The notes beneath the pieces were generated by a model. The model did not search any database. It saw only the letters and a list, made by a program, of their open reading frames with translations, and was not told the DNA's origin. Below are positions 26,255 through 34,958 of a stretch of 58,074 nt of DNA, piece after piece (position 1 is the stretch's first letter; the number at the start of each line of letters is the position of its first letter). A program made the translations under genes and the position numbers. This DNA is from a virus (lineage: Duplodnaviria; Caudoviricetes). The stretch spans positions 1 to 58,074 of the IMG/VR virus record IMGVR_UViG_3300025120_000055. One strand, written 5' to 3'.

Positions 26255-26659
26255 GCAGAATTAACAATTACAGGAACAGCAGCAGGAAACGCAACAATAG
26301 TTGGAGCATGGGAACTTAGAGCAGGGTCACACGACACCACAGAATACTTGGCTCGTGGTGGAACATACCCGGGTAACATCAACGCATTTGCACCCTTAAA
26401 CGGTGACGACTCCACTTCAGGAGACGCAGCAAATGGATACGACCCAGCACCTAAGATGGCTTTGATTACACTTGGTTCAACCACTGACGGACAAACAATC
26501 GTTCTAGGTGGAGGAGCAACCAGTATCCTATCACACATAGTATCCGGTGGAACAGCAAACAATGGTCAAACTATTGGCGGTAACCACACTGGACTTACTA
26601 TTACATTTGAAACAACAGGAACTGTAACAAGCGGTCAATTAGTAGTGTTTTACAACTGA
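26249..26659 (+). CDS. Putative capsid decoration/cement protein
   Basis: T/G/A-rich beta-type 136 aa; same leader and codon bias as MCP. Confidence 0.65.
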   Translation: MAAELTITGTAAGNATIVGAWELRAGSHDTTEYLARGGTYPGNINAFAPLNGDDSTSGDAANGYDPAPKMALITLGSTTDGQTIVLGGGATSILSHIVSGGTANNGQTIGGNHTGLTITFETTGTVTSGQLVVFYN

Positions 26660-26669
26660 GGTGCTTTAA

Positions 26670-27041
26670 GTGCCTACAGTAACCTACATAGGTCGTTCTT
26701 GGTCTAAAAGAAACATAGACCCTTCCTATCCTGAATTTATACGAGGTAGACCCCAAGAAGTCACCACCGCATGGTGTGACAAGTGGGCTGGTCGTCTTGG
26801 AGACAATTACAAAGTAGAAGGCTATGAGCCTGTAGATGCGATAAACTCATCAAAAACACCTGATGAAACTTGGAAGCGAGGCGACATCGTTACTTGGCTT
26901 GCTAAGTATGGCATCAAACCAAAAGGTTATGCAACCAAGACAACACTACTCGAACTTGTAGCAACTGTAATGAGTCCTGACGGAGTTCAAGAAACAGAAG
27001 CACTTGTAGAAGAATCAAAAGAAACAAACGGAGATGAATAA
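26670..27041 (+). CDS. Small protein with HeH/LEM-like helical motif
   Basis: PDETWKRGDIVTWLAKYGIKPKGYATKTTLLELV. Confidence 0.65.
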   Translation: MPTVTYIGRSWSKRNIDPSYPEFIRGRPQEVTTAWCDKWAGRLGDNYKVEGYEPVDAINSSKTPDETWKRGDIVTWLAKYGIKPKGYATKTTLLELVATVMSPDGVQETEALVEESKETNGDE

Positions 27042-27043
27042 AT

Positions 27044-27271
27044 ATGGCAGTAACAATAGACCCAAGACCAACTTACTTTGGAGACAGAATGATAGTAACA
27101 GGAAGCGCCACTACTGGTGAAGCAGTAGACCTTAGCAGTTTACTCGCATCAATTGATGGTGCTATGGTGAACGCTATAGGTAACGCCGCTACTGTAACTC
27201 ACGGTATCAACGGTGCTGTCTTAAATGTCGGCGCTGCTTGCACTTTTGTCGCTATGGGTCGCCGTTCTTGA
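27044..27271 (+). CDS. Small putative virion structural protein
   Basis: 75 aa, beta-rich; leader ggagatgaataaatATGGCA resembles the MCP leader. Confidence 0.65.
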   Translation: MAVTIDPRPTYFGDRMIVTGSATTGEAVDLSSLLASIDGAMVNAIGNAATVTHGINGAVLNVGAACTFVAMGRRS

Positions 27272-27281
27272 GGTGACCTAA

Positions 27282-27476
27282 ATGGCTGACTTAGTACCTA
27301 AATACAAAGTAGTCGGGCCTTTCTCACCTAGAGAATTTACAGACCCTGCTACAATGTCAACTACTATTGCTACGGCAGTAGGTACACTTGGTGATGCTAG
27401 TTCTACTACAAGTTTAGTAGCATCAGACCCAATCGTTGTATTAGGAAATATTTACATTGTAGTGAGTTATGTTTGA
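27282..27476 (+). CDS. Small hypothetical protein
   Basis: GAGGTGA RBS; 64 aa. Confidence 0.65.
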   Translation: MADLVPKYKVVGPFSPREFTDPATMSTTIATAVGTLGDASSTTSLVASDPIVVLGNIYIVVSYV

Positions 27477-27491
27477 GTGTGAGGAGTATGT

Positions 27492-27791
27492 ATGTCGCTA
27501 GGAGAGCAAACAATTGACCTTACGGACATTGAGCGTTTTCAAAAGCAAGGCATTCGTTCTGACGCACAAACTCTTCTTGGTAAAGTAATTGATGAAGAAA
27601 ACCCACTTAAGGGTGTTACTTCACAGCAGCGTAATCGTAATCTCAAAGCCAGCGATGTTCTAAACATCGGCTCAGGCACTCGTTGCCAACATTGTGGTAT
27701 GCTTCATTTTATGTGGAGAGAAAACTGCGGTAGTTGTGGTAAACCTATGGAATATAATCTTGCTTTTGTAGACGAGGAGAATAGAGCATGA
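27492..27791 (+). CDS. Zn-ribbon protein
   Basis: CQHCG...CGSCGKP; GAGGAG RBS. Confidence 0.75.
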   Translation: MSLGEQTIDLTDIERFQKQGIRSDAQTLLGKVIDEENPLKGVTSQQRNRNLKASDVLNIGSGTRCQHCGMLHFMWRENCGSCGKPMEYNLAFVDEENRA

Positions 27792-27901
27792 CACGATGTA
27801 AATTCCTTGATGATTGGTTTGATGCTAAATCAAAACAAGTAGATAAGAAAGAGTCTAAGACTAAAAAATGTTTTGTAACGGGGGATAAGAAATGCCAGTA
27901 G
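27788..27901 (+). CDS. Small 37-aa ORF not in the track
   Basis: ATGA overlap with previous stop; GAGGAG RBS; MTRCKFLDDWFDAKSKQVDKKESKTKKCFVTGDKKCQ fills the gap to the next gene. Confidence 0.5.
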   Translation: MTRCKFLDDWFDAKSKQVDKKESKTKKCFVTGDKKCQ

Positions 27902-29454
27902 TATTTAACCCCGGAGAAGCAGAAACAAGACCACTAGACCCCACAGCCATTGTATACACCACAGCACAGAAAGTTGCTGATTTCCTATCAATTGGCCCTC
28001 AAGATGCTGTATTAGTAAGTGCAGATAGTACATCAACTGCTGTGTTTGTCACAGGGGCTGATTATAGAACTATTGGATTTCAAAAGGATGACACTATACT
28101 CATTTACTCCGACGCTGACCCGTTAGGTCTTGAAAGAGTTATTACTTCTATAGGAACAAGTGCTAGTGGGGTGCAACTAAACTTTGCTGAAACTATTACT
28201 GCCGCTGACTATCAAGCGGCTGACAACGCTTATGTTCAAAACACAGCGTCGTTTACTAACGGTAAAACTCGTGGTATGAAGAAATCTATAGTAGAGGCTC
28301 GTATCAAAGAGGCTCAAGATAAGATTGACAACTTAACACACAATGCTTGGCGACCTTATCTTGTTAGCGCTGAGTACATCAACTTCGATACATACAAACC
28401 ATACAGAAGACGATACTATACTGATTATGTAGGAACAGCCCCTCTTTTGTTTAGAAATGTTCAACAAATCCTTCGTTTAGAACTATGGCAAGGTGATGAT
28501 TATCGTGAGATATGTAGCGCTGAAGTTCGGATTAAATTACCTGAAGATGTGAGAGCACTGTCAGGTTCTATCGTTATGTCGCCGGGCAACGGAACGGCTG
28601 CTACACTAACAATCGGAACGGCATCTAATCAATGGCGTGCTGATTTTGATGCTGCTACTACTGGTCAAAATCTTGCTGATTTAATTAACAAAGAAGATAG
28701 AGTAAATAAAGCAGCAGTGGAATTTGCACCCGCATTTACATTAGAAGGCTCTACAGCGAATGTAGCACTGAACAATGAATTCTACGCTAGTGCTAACGCT
28801 GATTACGGTACTGGTCAAGTCAAAGTAACAAGTATGCGTGCAGGTAAAGGCGGAGAGGTTTGTTCAATAGTTGTCACTGACAGTAATATAGAACTTGCTC
28901 AAGTAGCAACCCACACCGCCAATGTCACTAGCGTAGTTAACACTACAGTCAATGTAGATAGCACTGAAGCGTTTGCCGCAGCCGGTGTTTGTGTGAAAGG
29001 GGATACTGTGTTTAGATATACGGGTAAAACTAATACATCTTTTACAGGATGTGTTATTGTAATAGGCTCTCCTTTGGGTGACATTTCCGGTGCTATTTCT
29101 CAATCTACTTTGGTCATTGACTTACAGGGTGGTAGTAGTAAAGGCGACAATGCAAGGCTTCGTGACTGGTGGCTTGACCATGAGATTGGTCAGATTTATT
29201 TCAATAACTCCTATCCTTTCTTTGAGTGGAATGCAATTAAGTGTTCTTACATCTATGGTGAAAGATATCTTGAGAAGGCTATAGAAGAAGCCGCTACAAA
29301 AATGGTGGCTTGTGATGTCTTGATGTCCGATGACAGAAGTGTTTTAATCCCCGAAGGTACACAGAATGTAGATTTAACTTCTAAGATTCAGTTACTGAAA
29401 GCAGAAGTAGACAGTATACTTGCTAGATATATCGAGATAATAGTATTTGAGTGA
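27892..29454 (+). CDS. Head-tail adaptor (gp6/gp15-like) with inserted beta domains
   Basis: YTTAQKVADFL ... IVEARIKEAQDKIDNLTHNAW ... IKCSYIYG..LEKAIEEAATKMVA core split by large insertions. Confidence 0.75.
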   Translation: MPVVFNPGEAETRPLDPTAIVYTTAQKVADFLSIGPQDAVLVSADSTSTAVFVTGADYRTIGFQKDDTILIYSDADPLGLERVITSIGTSASGVQLNFAETITAADYQAADNAYVQNTASFTNGKTRGMKKSIVEARIKEAQDKIDNLTHNAWRPYLVSAEYINFDTYKPYRRRYYTDYVGTAPLLFRNVQQILRLELWQGDDYREICSAEVRIKLPEDVRALSGSIVMSPGNGTAATLTIGTASNQWRADFDAATTGQNLADLINKEDRVNKAAVEFAPAFTLEGSTANVALNNEFYASANADYGTGQVKVTSMRAGKGGEVCSIVVTDSNIELAQVATHTANVTSVVNTTVNVDSTEAFAAAGVCVKGDTVFRYTGKTNTSFTGCVIVIGSPLGDISGAISQSTLVIDLQGGSSKGDNARLRDWWLDHEIGQIYFNNSYPFFEWNAIKCSYIYGERYLEKAIEEAATKMVACDVLMSDDRSVLIPEGTQNVDLTSKIQLLKAEVDSILARYIEIIVFE

Positions 29455-29801
29455 TTGATATGGTAAGAACGGAGCAAGATGAGTTCTTAGAAATGCTGAC
29501 TGCTGAGTTATCCGACCCTAAATATCAAGAAGAGATAAGACAAGTTGTTACTAAAAGACCTGAAGTTTATCGAGAAAAGGTAGAAGCACAAGAACTAGGT
29601 GGAAGAGGTATTAGAAAAACTGAGGGTGGGTACAAAAAAGGTAGTCAACCAGCCTCTCAAAGCGAAGTTGATGCTGCCTTAAACGATGCTGACAAGCGTA
29701 TGCTTCGTGAATCACCCATGTTAATTCAGCATAAATTGATATTCAAAGGTGGTCTACTTTTACCTGACCACGAGGCACATAAGAGAGAGGAGGGAAAGTA
29801 A
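29451..29801 (+). CDS. Hypothetical protein (neck region)
   Basis: 116-aa ORF between the adaptor and the tail terminator-like gene. Confidence 0.6.
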   Translation: MIDMVRTEQDEFLEMLTAELSDPKYQEEIRQVVTKRPEVYREKVEAQELGGRGIRKTEGGYKKGSQPASQSEVDAALNDADKRMLRESPMLIQHKLIFKGGLLLPDHEAHKREEGK

Positions 29802-29802
29802 C

Positions 29803-30249
29803 ATGGTAGCGACTTTTACTGAATCTTTAGATATGGTGATAAACACTCTCGACAATTGGAATCGGGCTAACACTGGTAACATAAAACCAGTCATAGCGGA
29901 TATCACTACGCTACAACCGGAGCGAGGTAAGAGAATAGACTTGTCTCGCCATGATTATATTCTATGTTACGAGACGGCTCACAACGAAGAAGCCCCTGAA
30001 TTATTGTATGATTTCGTAACTACCCGTCTAAATATCACCGTAGATGCTCGTACCGCTAGGGGTAGAAAGCATCTACAAGCCATGGAAAACGAGATACGCC
30101 GCCTTATACACAGTGTAAGAAAAGGTGACGGCGTGAACTTTGACCGCATGGTATACAAAACTCGCACTGACTTGTCTGATAGGTCAAAGGTTTTATTTCG
30201 TATGACCTTTCAGATAGAAGTAGTTATCTTTGCGGAGTTAGTGCCTTGA
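29803..30249 (+). CDS. Putative tail completion/terminator protein (track start 29749; ATG 29803 more likely)
   Basis: Immediately before tail tube; RLNITVDART...MENEIRRLIH...FRMTFQIEV pattern. Confidence 0.6.
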   Translation: MVATFTESLDMVINTLDNWNRANTGNIKPVIADITTLQPERGKRIDLSRHDYILCYETAHNEEAPELLYDFVTTRLNITVDARTARGRKHLQAMENEIRRLIHSVRKGDGVNFDRMVYKTRTDLSDRSKVLFRMTFQIEVVIFAELVP

Positions 30250-30260
30250 GTTGAACGGAC

Positions 30261-32507
30261 ATGCCATCTACAGTATACAAAGGAGATTTGACCGAAGTTT
30301 CATTCGGTCACGAGACAGGATTAAAACTAGAACACAACTACGCAGGGTCTTTTGCTTGGCTACATCCAACTGGTGGTGTAAACAGTAACGCTAATACAAG
30401 CATAATTGAATTTACTGGAGGCGATGCTGCTACTCCTTGTCAAGCCGGTCTTTTACGATACCCAGTCGGCATGCTGGTAGGTTGTAGGATTTCAATCATC
30501 GGTGGGGGTGCTTTTTCCGCTGATGATTCTCATGATACTGGTCGGACATATACAATTATGGAACATAAAAACTTTCAAAACAACGCTGTAGCAACTGTCA
30601 CAGTCACCAGTAATGGTAACGGTGGTTATTCCAACGGTTCAGGAGTAGCCACCACAGGCGGAACAGGAACAGGACTTACTGTTGACACTACAACAAGTGC
30701 AGGAGGGGTAGCGAGCGTTACTATCGCTGCGGCTGGTAAAGGTTACACAGTTGGTGATGTTATCACTATCACAGGTGGTGGAGCAAACGCCACACTTAGT
30801 GTTACTGGTTTAACTGCTGGAGCAAGTAAAACTCAACTAACTTTAACACCTGCTTTGAAAACAGCCGTTGCTACAAGCAGCGCTACGGGCGATGTCCTTT
30901 ACATTGAATCATTCGGGACTCCTACTTTCGACGCAAGCATGTCGAGTTGGAATATTACAGCAGCCTCTAGCAGTGAGCGTGTGTTGACTGACCAGTTTCT
31001 CGGTCTTGCTGCTACACTAACTCTACCTGAAACAAAAGTAGACCTCAAGCGATATCACATTGTAGGGCTTGGTCGAGATACAGCAATACAAGTTCCGGGT
31101 CGTTTCTTAAATGAAGGTGGCTCTTTTGAAGTAAACATGCACAATCCTCGTTGGTTGTATTATTGTTTAGGTATGGAATCAGTATCGGTAGGTGACCAAT
31201 TCGACGGTCTTACAAGCGCTAATAGAGAATTAAGTGGTAAAGTAGAGAAAGGCGAGACTCTCATTACACTAAACGGCGCTGCTGAGTTTACAAGCGCTGC
31301 TAATGGTGGTACTGGGACATCGGCTGTCGCTGCTGGCGATTATGTTCTTTTCAAAGACGATAGTGTAGAGGATATTGTGACATTCAAAGAAGCAGGTGAC
31401 TTAGGCGCTAGTGCTGCTTTTGGCGCTGATAATGTGACAGGAACTACATATTTTGACCAAACAGAAAAACAAGAAATTCGCCGTATCGCTGCTGTTAGTG
31501 GTACAAAAATTTGGCTTGATGACGGTCTTTGTTATGCTCATGCTACTGGCACTGATTTGAGATTTATTCGTTATAATGGAAGCGCAGGAGGAGCGACAAA
31601 AACTGGTAGCCCTCATCGTGAATCAACAGGAGCGCTTACCAATAGTGTTACACGACTACTATATTCTCGTGATGCTATTCCATCTTTTGCTTTAGAGGTC
31701 AGTATTCGTAGAAGAGATGTAGACGGCGCTGACGCTGATATCACAGATAACGGCCCAAGCGACCCCAAACAATTAACTCGTGTATTCAAAGGATGTAAAA
31801 TTAAGGATTTTTCTTTAACCGCTGATACAGATGCTGCTTTAAGACTAAGCGTTAACTTTGATGCTGCACTTTGTTATACAGATACTGGTCGTCTTGAAAC
31901 CACTGCTGTAGGTCACTACTCAACAGGAACAAAAGGTGACCGATACAAAACTCATCGTATGTTTGAAGAAACCGCTGGTGACCTAGTAGGTAGAAAAGAA
32001 GCCGGTATCGAAAAGGGCACACAGAAGCCTTTCATGTTCTACAACGGAACAGTGAGTATCGCTGGAATCACAGTCGGACAAGTTGTATCATTCACTATTG
32101 CAGGTAGCACTGGAGTTCAACAATTCTATACTATCAACGGCGCTGCTGTGACTGATAGTGCTACTGACCAAATTCCATTTGGTGGTGCTCGTAATGCTTC
32201 GCTCGCAGTTGAGGGTAAGACTGAATATTCCATGGACTGCGAGATTATAGTTGATGACCCAGTATTCTATCATAAAGTTCGTAGAACTATAGACCACGAG
32301 GCTTCTACAGCAAATATGATTCGTTTGTCTTTTACTAAACCGGGAACTGCTAGCGGAAGAGAACAACTCGATATCTTGATAGATGATTTCTATATCACTG
32401 AAGCACCGCTTCCTATACCGGAAGATAAAGGTGTTATTAGAGCACCACTGAAGATTCTACCAAAGGCTATCCGAATTGTATCAGTTGATACACTATTACA
32501 TTCTTGA
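30261..32507 (+). CDS. Major tail tube protein with inserted accessory domains
   Basis: N-terminal YKGDLTEVSFGHET; LGRD...GRFLNEGGSFEV; IPSFALEV; RVFKGCKIKDFSL; PFMFYNGTVS; followed by chaperones and tape measure. Confidence 0.75.
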   Translation: MPSTVYKGDLTEVSFGHETGLKLEHNYAGSFAWLHPTGGVNSNANTSIIEFTGGDAATPCQAGLLRYPVGMLVGCRISIIGGGAFSADDSHDTGRTYTIMEHKNFQNNAVATVTVTSNGNGGYSNGSGVATTGGTGTGLTVDTTTSAGGVASVTIAAAGKGYTVGDVITITGGGANATLSVTGLTAGASKTQLTLTPALKTAVATSSATGDVLYIESFGTPTFDASMSSWNITAASSSERVLTDQFLGLAATLTLPETKVDLKRYHIVGLGRDTAIQVPGRFLNEGGSFEVNMHNPRWLYYCLGMESVSVGDQFDGLTSANRELSGKVEKGETLITLNGAAEFTSAANGGTGTSAVAAGDYVLFKDDSVEDIVTFKEAGDLGASAAFGADNVTGTTYFDQTEKQEIRRIAAVSGTKIWLDDGLCYAHATGTDLRFIRYNGSAGGATKTGSPHRESTGALTNSVTRLLYSRDAIPSFALEVSIRRRDVDGADADITDNGPSDPKQLTRVFKGCKIKDFSLTADTDAALRLSVNFDAALCYTDTGRLETTAVGHYSTGTKGDRYKTHRMFEETAGDLVGRKEAGIEKGTQKPFMFYNGTVSIAGITVGQVVSFTIAGSTGVQQFYTINGAAVTDSATDQIPFGGARNASLAVEGKTEYSMDCEIIVDDPVFYHKVRRTIDHEASTANMIRLSFTKPGTASGREQLDILIDDFYITEAPLPIPEDKGVIRAPLKILPKAIRIVSVDTLLHS

Positions 32508-32517
32508 GGTGACTATC

Positions 32518-33039
32518 ATGCCAACACCATCAGAAAGAGCGTACCAATACGGAAAACTATCTCACGCTGAATATGCCAGTTGGTATGGTCAGCAGATAGG
32601 GGTAGTTTCAGGTGACCTCGTTGCCGCTGGTGAGAAGCGCACATTGGGTCTTATCGAGAAGGCTGTCGAGGCTTGCTTACCAGCACCTATAGAGGAAGTA
32701 GTAGAAGTGGAGGAAGAATTAGCAACTCCTGAAGATATAGGAGATACTGAAAACTTCCCAGCAGAATTAACTTACGATGCTATGACAGCGAAAGAACTGA
32801 AAGCATTATGCAAAGACCGTGGGCTACCTGTCTACGGCACAAAAGCCGAACTCGCCTTACGCCTAAAGCGTGATGACGAGGGTATATCCGAGTCCCCGAC
32901 AGAAACCGAAGCCCCCGCTGATGAAGCGGCTGCTGAAGAAGAGTCGGACACCCCCGCTGATGAAGCGGCTGTGACCATAGGTGAGACAAATGACGAAAAC
33001 AGTAATAGCGAACAAGAACTTATTGATGAGAAAGAATGA
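32518..33039 (+). CDS. Acidic SAP-domain protein (track start 32476; ATG 32518 has the RBS)
   Basis: YDAMTAKELKALCKDRGLPVYGTKAELALRL is a SAP motif; GAGGTGA RBS. Confidence 0.82.
   Translation: MPTPSERAYQYGKLSHAEYASWYGQQIGVVSGDLVAAGEKRTLGLIEKAVEACLPAPIEEVVEVEEELATPEDIGDTENFPAELTYDAMTAKELKALCKDRGLPVYGTKAELALRLKRDDEGISESPTETEAPADEAAAEEESDTPADEAAVTIGETNDENSNSEQELIDEKE
32912..32971 (+). repeat. 21-bp direct repeat (PADEAA) in the SAP protein tail
   Basis: cccccgctgatgaagcggctg at 32912 and 32951. Confidence 0.85.
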
Positions 33040-33367
33040 TGAACAGAAACACGAAGTTAGAGTAGACCCCGACGACCCCGACCTCATAATGGAGGTTTGG
33101 GTTAGAGATGTCTCTTTCTTCGACATTCAGCATGCTGCTCAGCAAATGTTCGACATTAAAAAAGACGGTCAAATGTCTCTAAACCTAGAAGGTTTTTACA
33201 AATATGCATTCACTAATTGGGTAGTGAGAACTAATCCTAAATTATCTAAGGATGAATTACTTAATTTAAAAGGCTATGTCGGTGAACAAATCTCCGCATT
33301 ATTACCAAGCCCTAACGAACTTGGTGAGATGATGTCAGGGGGGTTTACAAAAGGCGGGAAGAAGTGA
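32990..33367 (+). CDS. Tail assembly chaperone (gpG-like; track start 32981)
   Basis: GGTGA RBS before ATG 32990; position between tube and tape measure. Confidence 0.65.
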   Translation: MTKTVIANKNLLMRKNDEQKHEVRVDPDDPDLIMEVWVRDVSFFDIQHAAQQMFDIKKDGQMSLNLEGFYKYAFTNWVVRTNPKLSKDELLNLKGYVGEQISALLPSPNELGEMMSGGFTKGGKK

Positions 33368-33642
33368 TTGAGGCATTCCTCAGTCGCAAACTTATACAAA
33401 CCCCCGCCGATGTAGAACTGGCTACTGAAATGAGAGTCTATGTTGTGGCAAAGCATTATGGGATATCAATAAAAGAGGTACATGAGATGACTCCGCAACA
33501 GTTCCTACAATCCTTCGCTTGGGCCATGGTTGGTCGTAAAGAAGAAGAGAAGGCTCAGAAAAGAAGTAACCAATCTAGCAATAGTGGTGGAAGAGAAACA
33601 GTATCACTCGATTATGATTTCTTAAATACGGAGGATTTCTGA
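33364..33642 (+). CDS. Tail assembly chaperone, gpT-like second ORF
   Basis: In the -1 frame relative to the upstream ORF; VAKHYGISIKEVHEMTPQQF; abuts tape measure. Confidence 0.65.
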   Translation: MIEAFLSRKLIQTPADVELATEMRVYVVAKHYGISIKEVHEMTPQQFLQSFAWAMVGRKEEEKAQKRSNQSSNSGGRETVSLDYDFLNTEDF

Positions 33643-34958
33643 TGGTAGCACTAGCAGCCATGACTATAGCCCTAGGTGGTTTATCATCAGGAGCAAGTGC
33701 AGTCTCAGGTATTTTTGGAGCAATAGGTAGTATATTCAGCGCAGCAATAGGTGTAGTAACAAGTGTATTTTCAACAGCAATTAGTTTTATCAAAGAGAAA
33801 TTTCAAGGAGTTAAAGACTTCTTTGATGAAAATATCATGCCTATTTTCCAAGAGTTCTTTGAATTTATATCACCAGTAGTTGAATTAATTGGTGCTTTAA
33901 TAAAAGACTCGCTAGGATTAGCATTTGAAGGTATCAAAATATTATGGGAAGTGTTAGTATTAGCCATGGATAAATATTGGAATGATTTTATCGTTCCTTT
34001 ATGGAATTTAATAGGCCCAGTAATCGAAGCAGGTATCGCTGTTATAGGAATACTGTGGGATACTTTTGTAGGTGCTATGAAAGTTATTTGGGATAATCTA
34101 ATAGTTCCTTTGTGGAATTCAGTTGGCGACCCTATGACTATGGGTATTACTGCAATCGGTGCTATATGGGACACTATTATGGGGTTGATGGCTAACACCT
34201 TTAACAAACTCATAGTTCCTTTATGGGATTTAGTTGGCACTCCAATTATGGCTGGTATTAATCTAATTAAGGATACTTGGCTTTTCTTATTAAACACAAT
34301 GTTTAGTCTTTGGATGGCGATTATAGAGCCGATTTGGAGTTTTATTGGCCCTCCGATTATGGCTGGTATAAACGCTATCAAAGATAATTGGGATATTCTT
34401 GTTGATGGGATGTGGACTATTTGGGATAAGACATTAGGCGGCACTCTTGAGTTAGCGTTTGCTGGATTAGGTTTAGTCTTTGACGGGCTTAAAATGGCAT
34501 GGGATGCTCTAGTAAGTGGTATAGATTGGGCTTGGAATAATATTCTGAAACCAATCTTCGACGCTTTCAAATATGTTATAGATTTAATAATGGTACCAAT
34601 AGAATTTATTGCTGACGCTATTAAAGACATCTTAGGTGCTGGAAAGAAGATTATTGGTAAAGCGATGGACTTCATAGGATTTGAAGATGGAGGGATATCA
34701 ACTGGGCCAGCGTCAGGATATCCAGTAATGTTACACGGTACTGAGGCTGTAGTCCCATTACCTAATGGGCGCTCTATTCCTGTAGAAATTAGTGGTGGCG
34801 GAGGTGGCGGAGGTGGAAACACCTTCAATATTACAATCAACGCTAGTGGTATGACAGATAGAAGTGATAAGCGTGAATTCGCTAGACAAATAAGTAACAC
34901 TATACAACAAGAAATTGCTCGTGCTTCGGGTGGTTCAACAATGAGGTCGGGTAGATGA
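33642..34958 (+). CDS. Tape measure protein (short, 438 aa)
   Basis: Trp/Phe-periodic amphipathic repeats; C-terminal FEDGG...MLHGTEAVVPL...FNITINA signature. Confidence 0.88.
   Translation: MVALAAMTIALGGLSSGASAVSGIFGAIGSIFSAAIGVVTSVFSTAISFIKEKFQGVKDFFDENIMPIFQEFFEFISPVVELIGALIKDSLGLAFEGIKILWEVLVLAMDKYWNDFIVPLWNLIGPVIEAGIAVIGILWDTFVGAMKVIWDNLIVPLWNSVGDPMTMGITAIGAIWDTIMGLMANTFNKLIVPLWDLVGTPIMAGINLIKDTWLFLLNTMFSLWMAIIEPIWSFIGPPIMAGINAIKDNWDILVDGMWTIWDKTLGGTLELAFAGLGLVFDGLKMAWDALVSGIDWAWNNILKPIFDAFKYVIDLIMVPIEFIADAIKDILGAGKKIIGKAMDFIGFEDGGISTGPASGYPVMLHGTEAVVPLPNGRSIPVEISGGGGGGGGNTFNITINASGMTDRSDKREFARQISNTIQQEIARASGGSTMRSGR
33990..34433 (+). repeat. Four tandem 111-bp (37-aa) repeats in tape measure
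   Basis: IVPLW/IVPLW/IVPLW/IEPIW units start at 33990, 34101, 34212, 34323. Confidence 0.88.

Noticed and set aside
26032-26562. 176-aa antisense ORF over the MCP end and decoration gene
   Set aside because: Overlaps well-supported structural genes; no recognisable motif
30261-32507. Contractile tail sheath (suggested by size)
   Set aside because: Motifs fit a tube protein with insertions, and no separate tube gene follows
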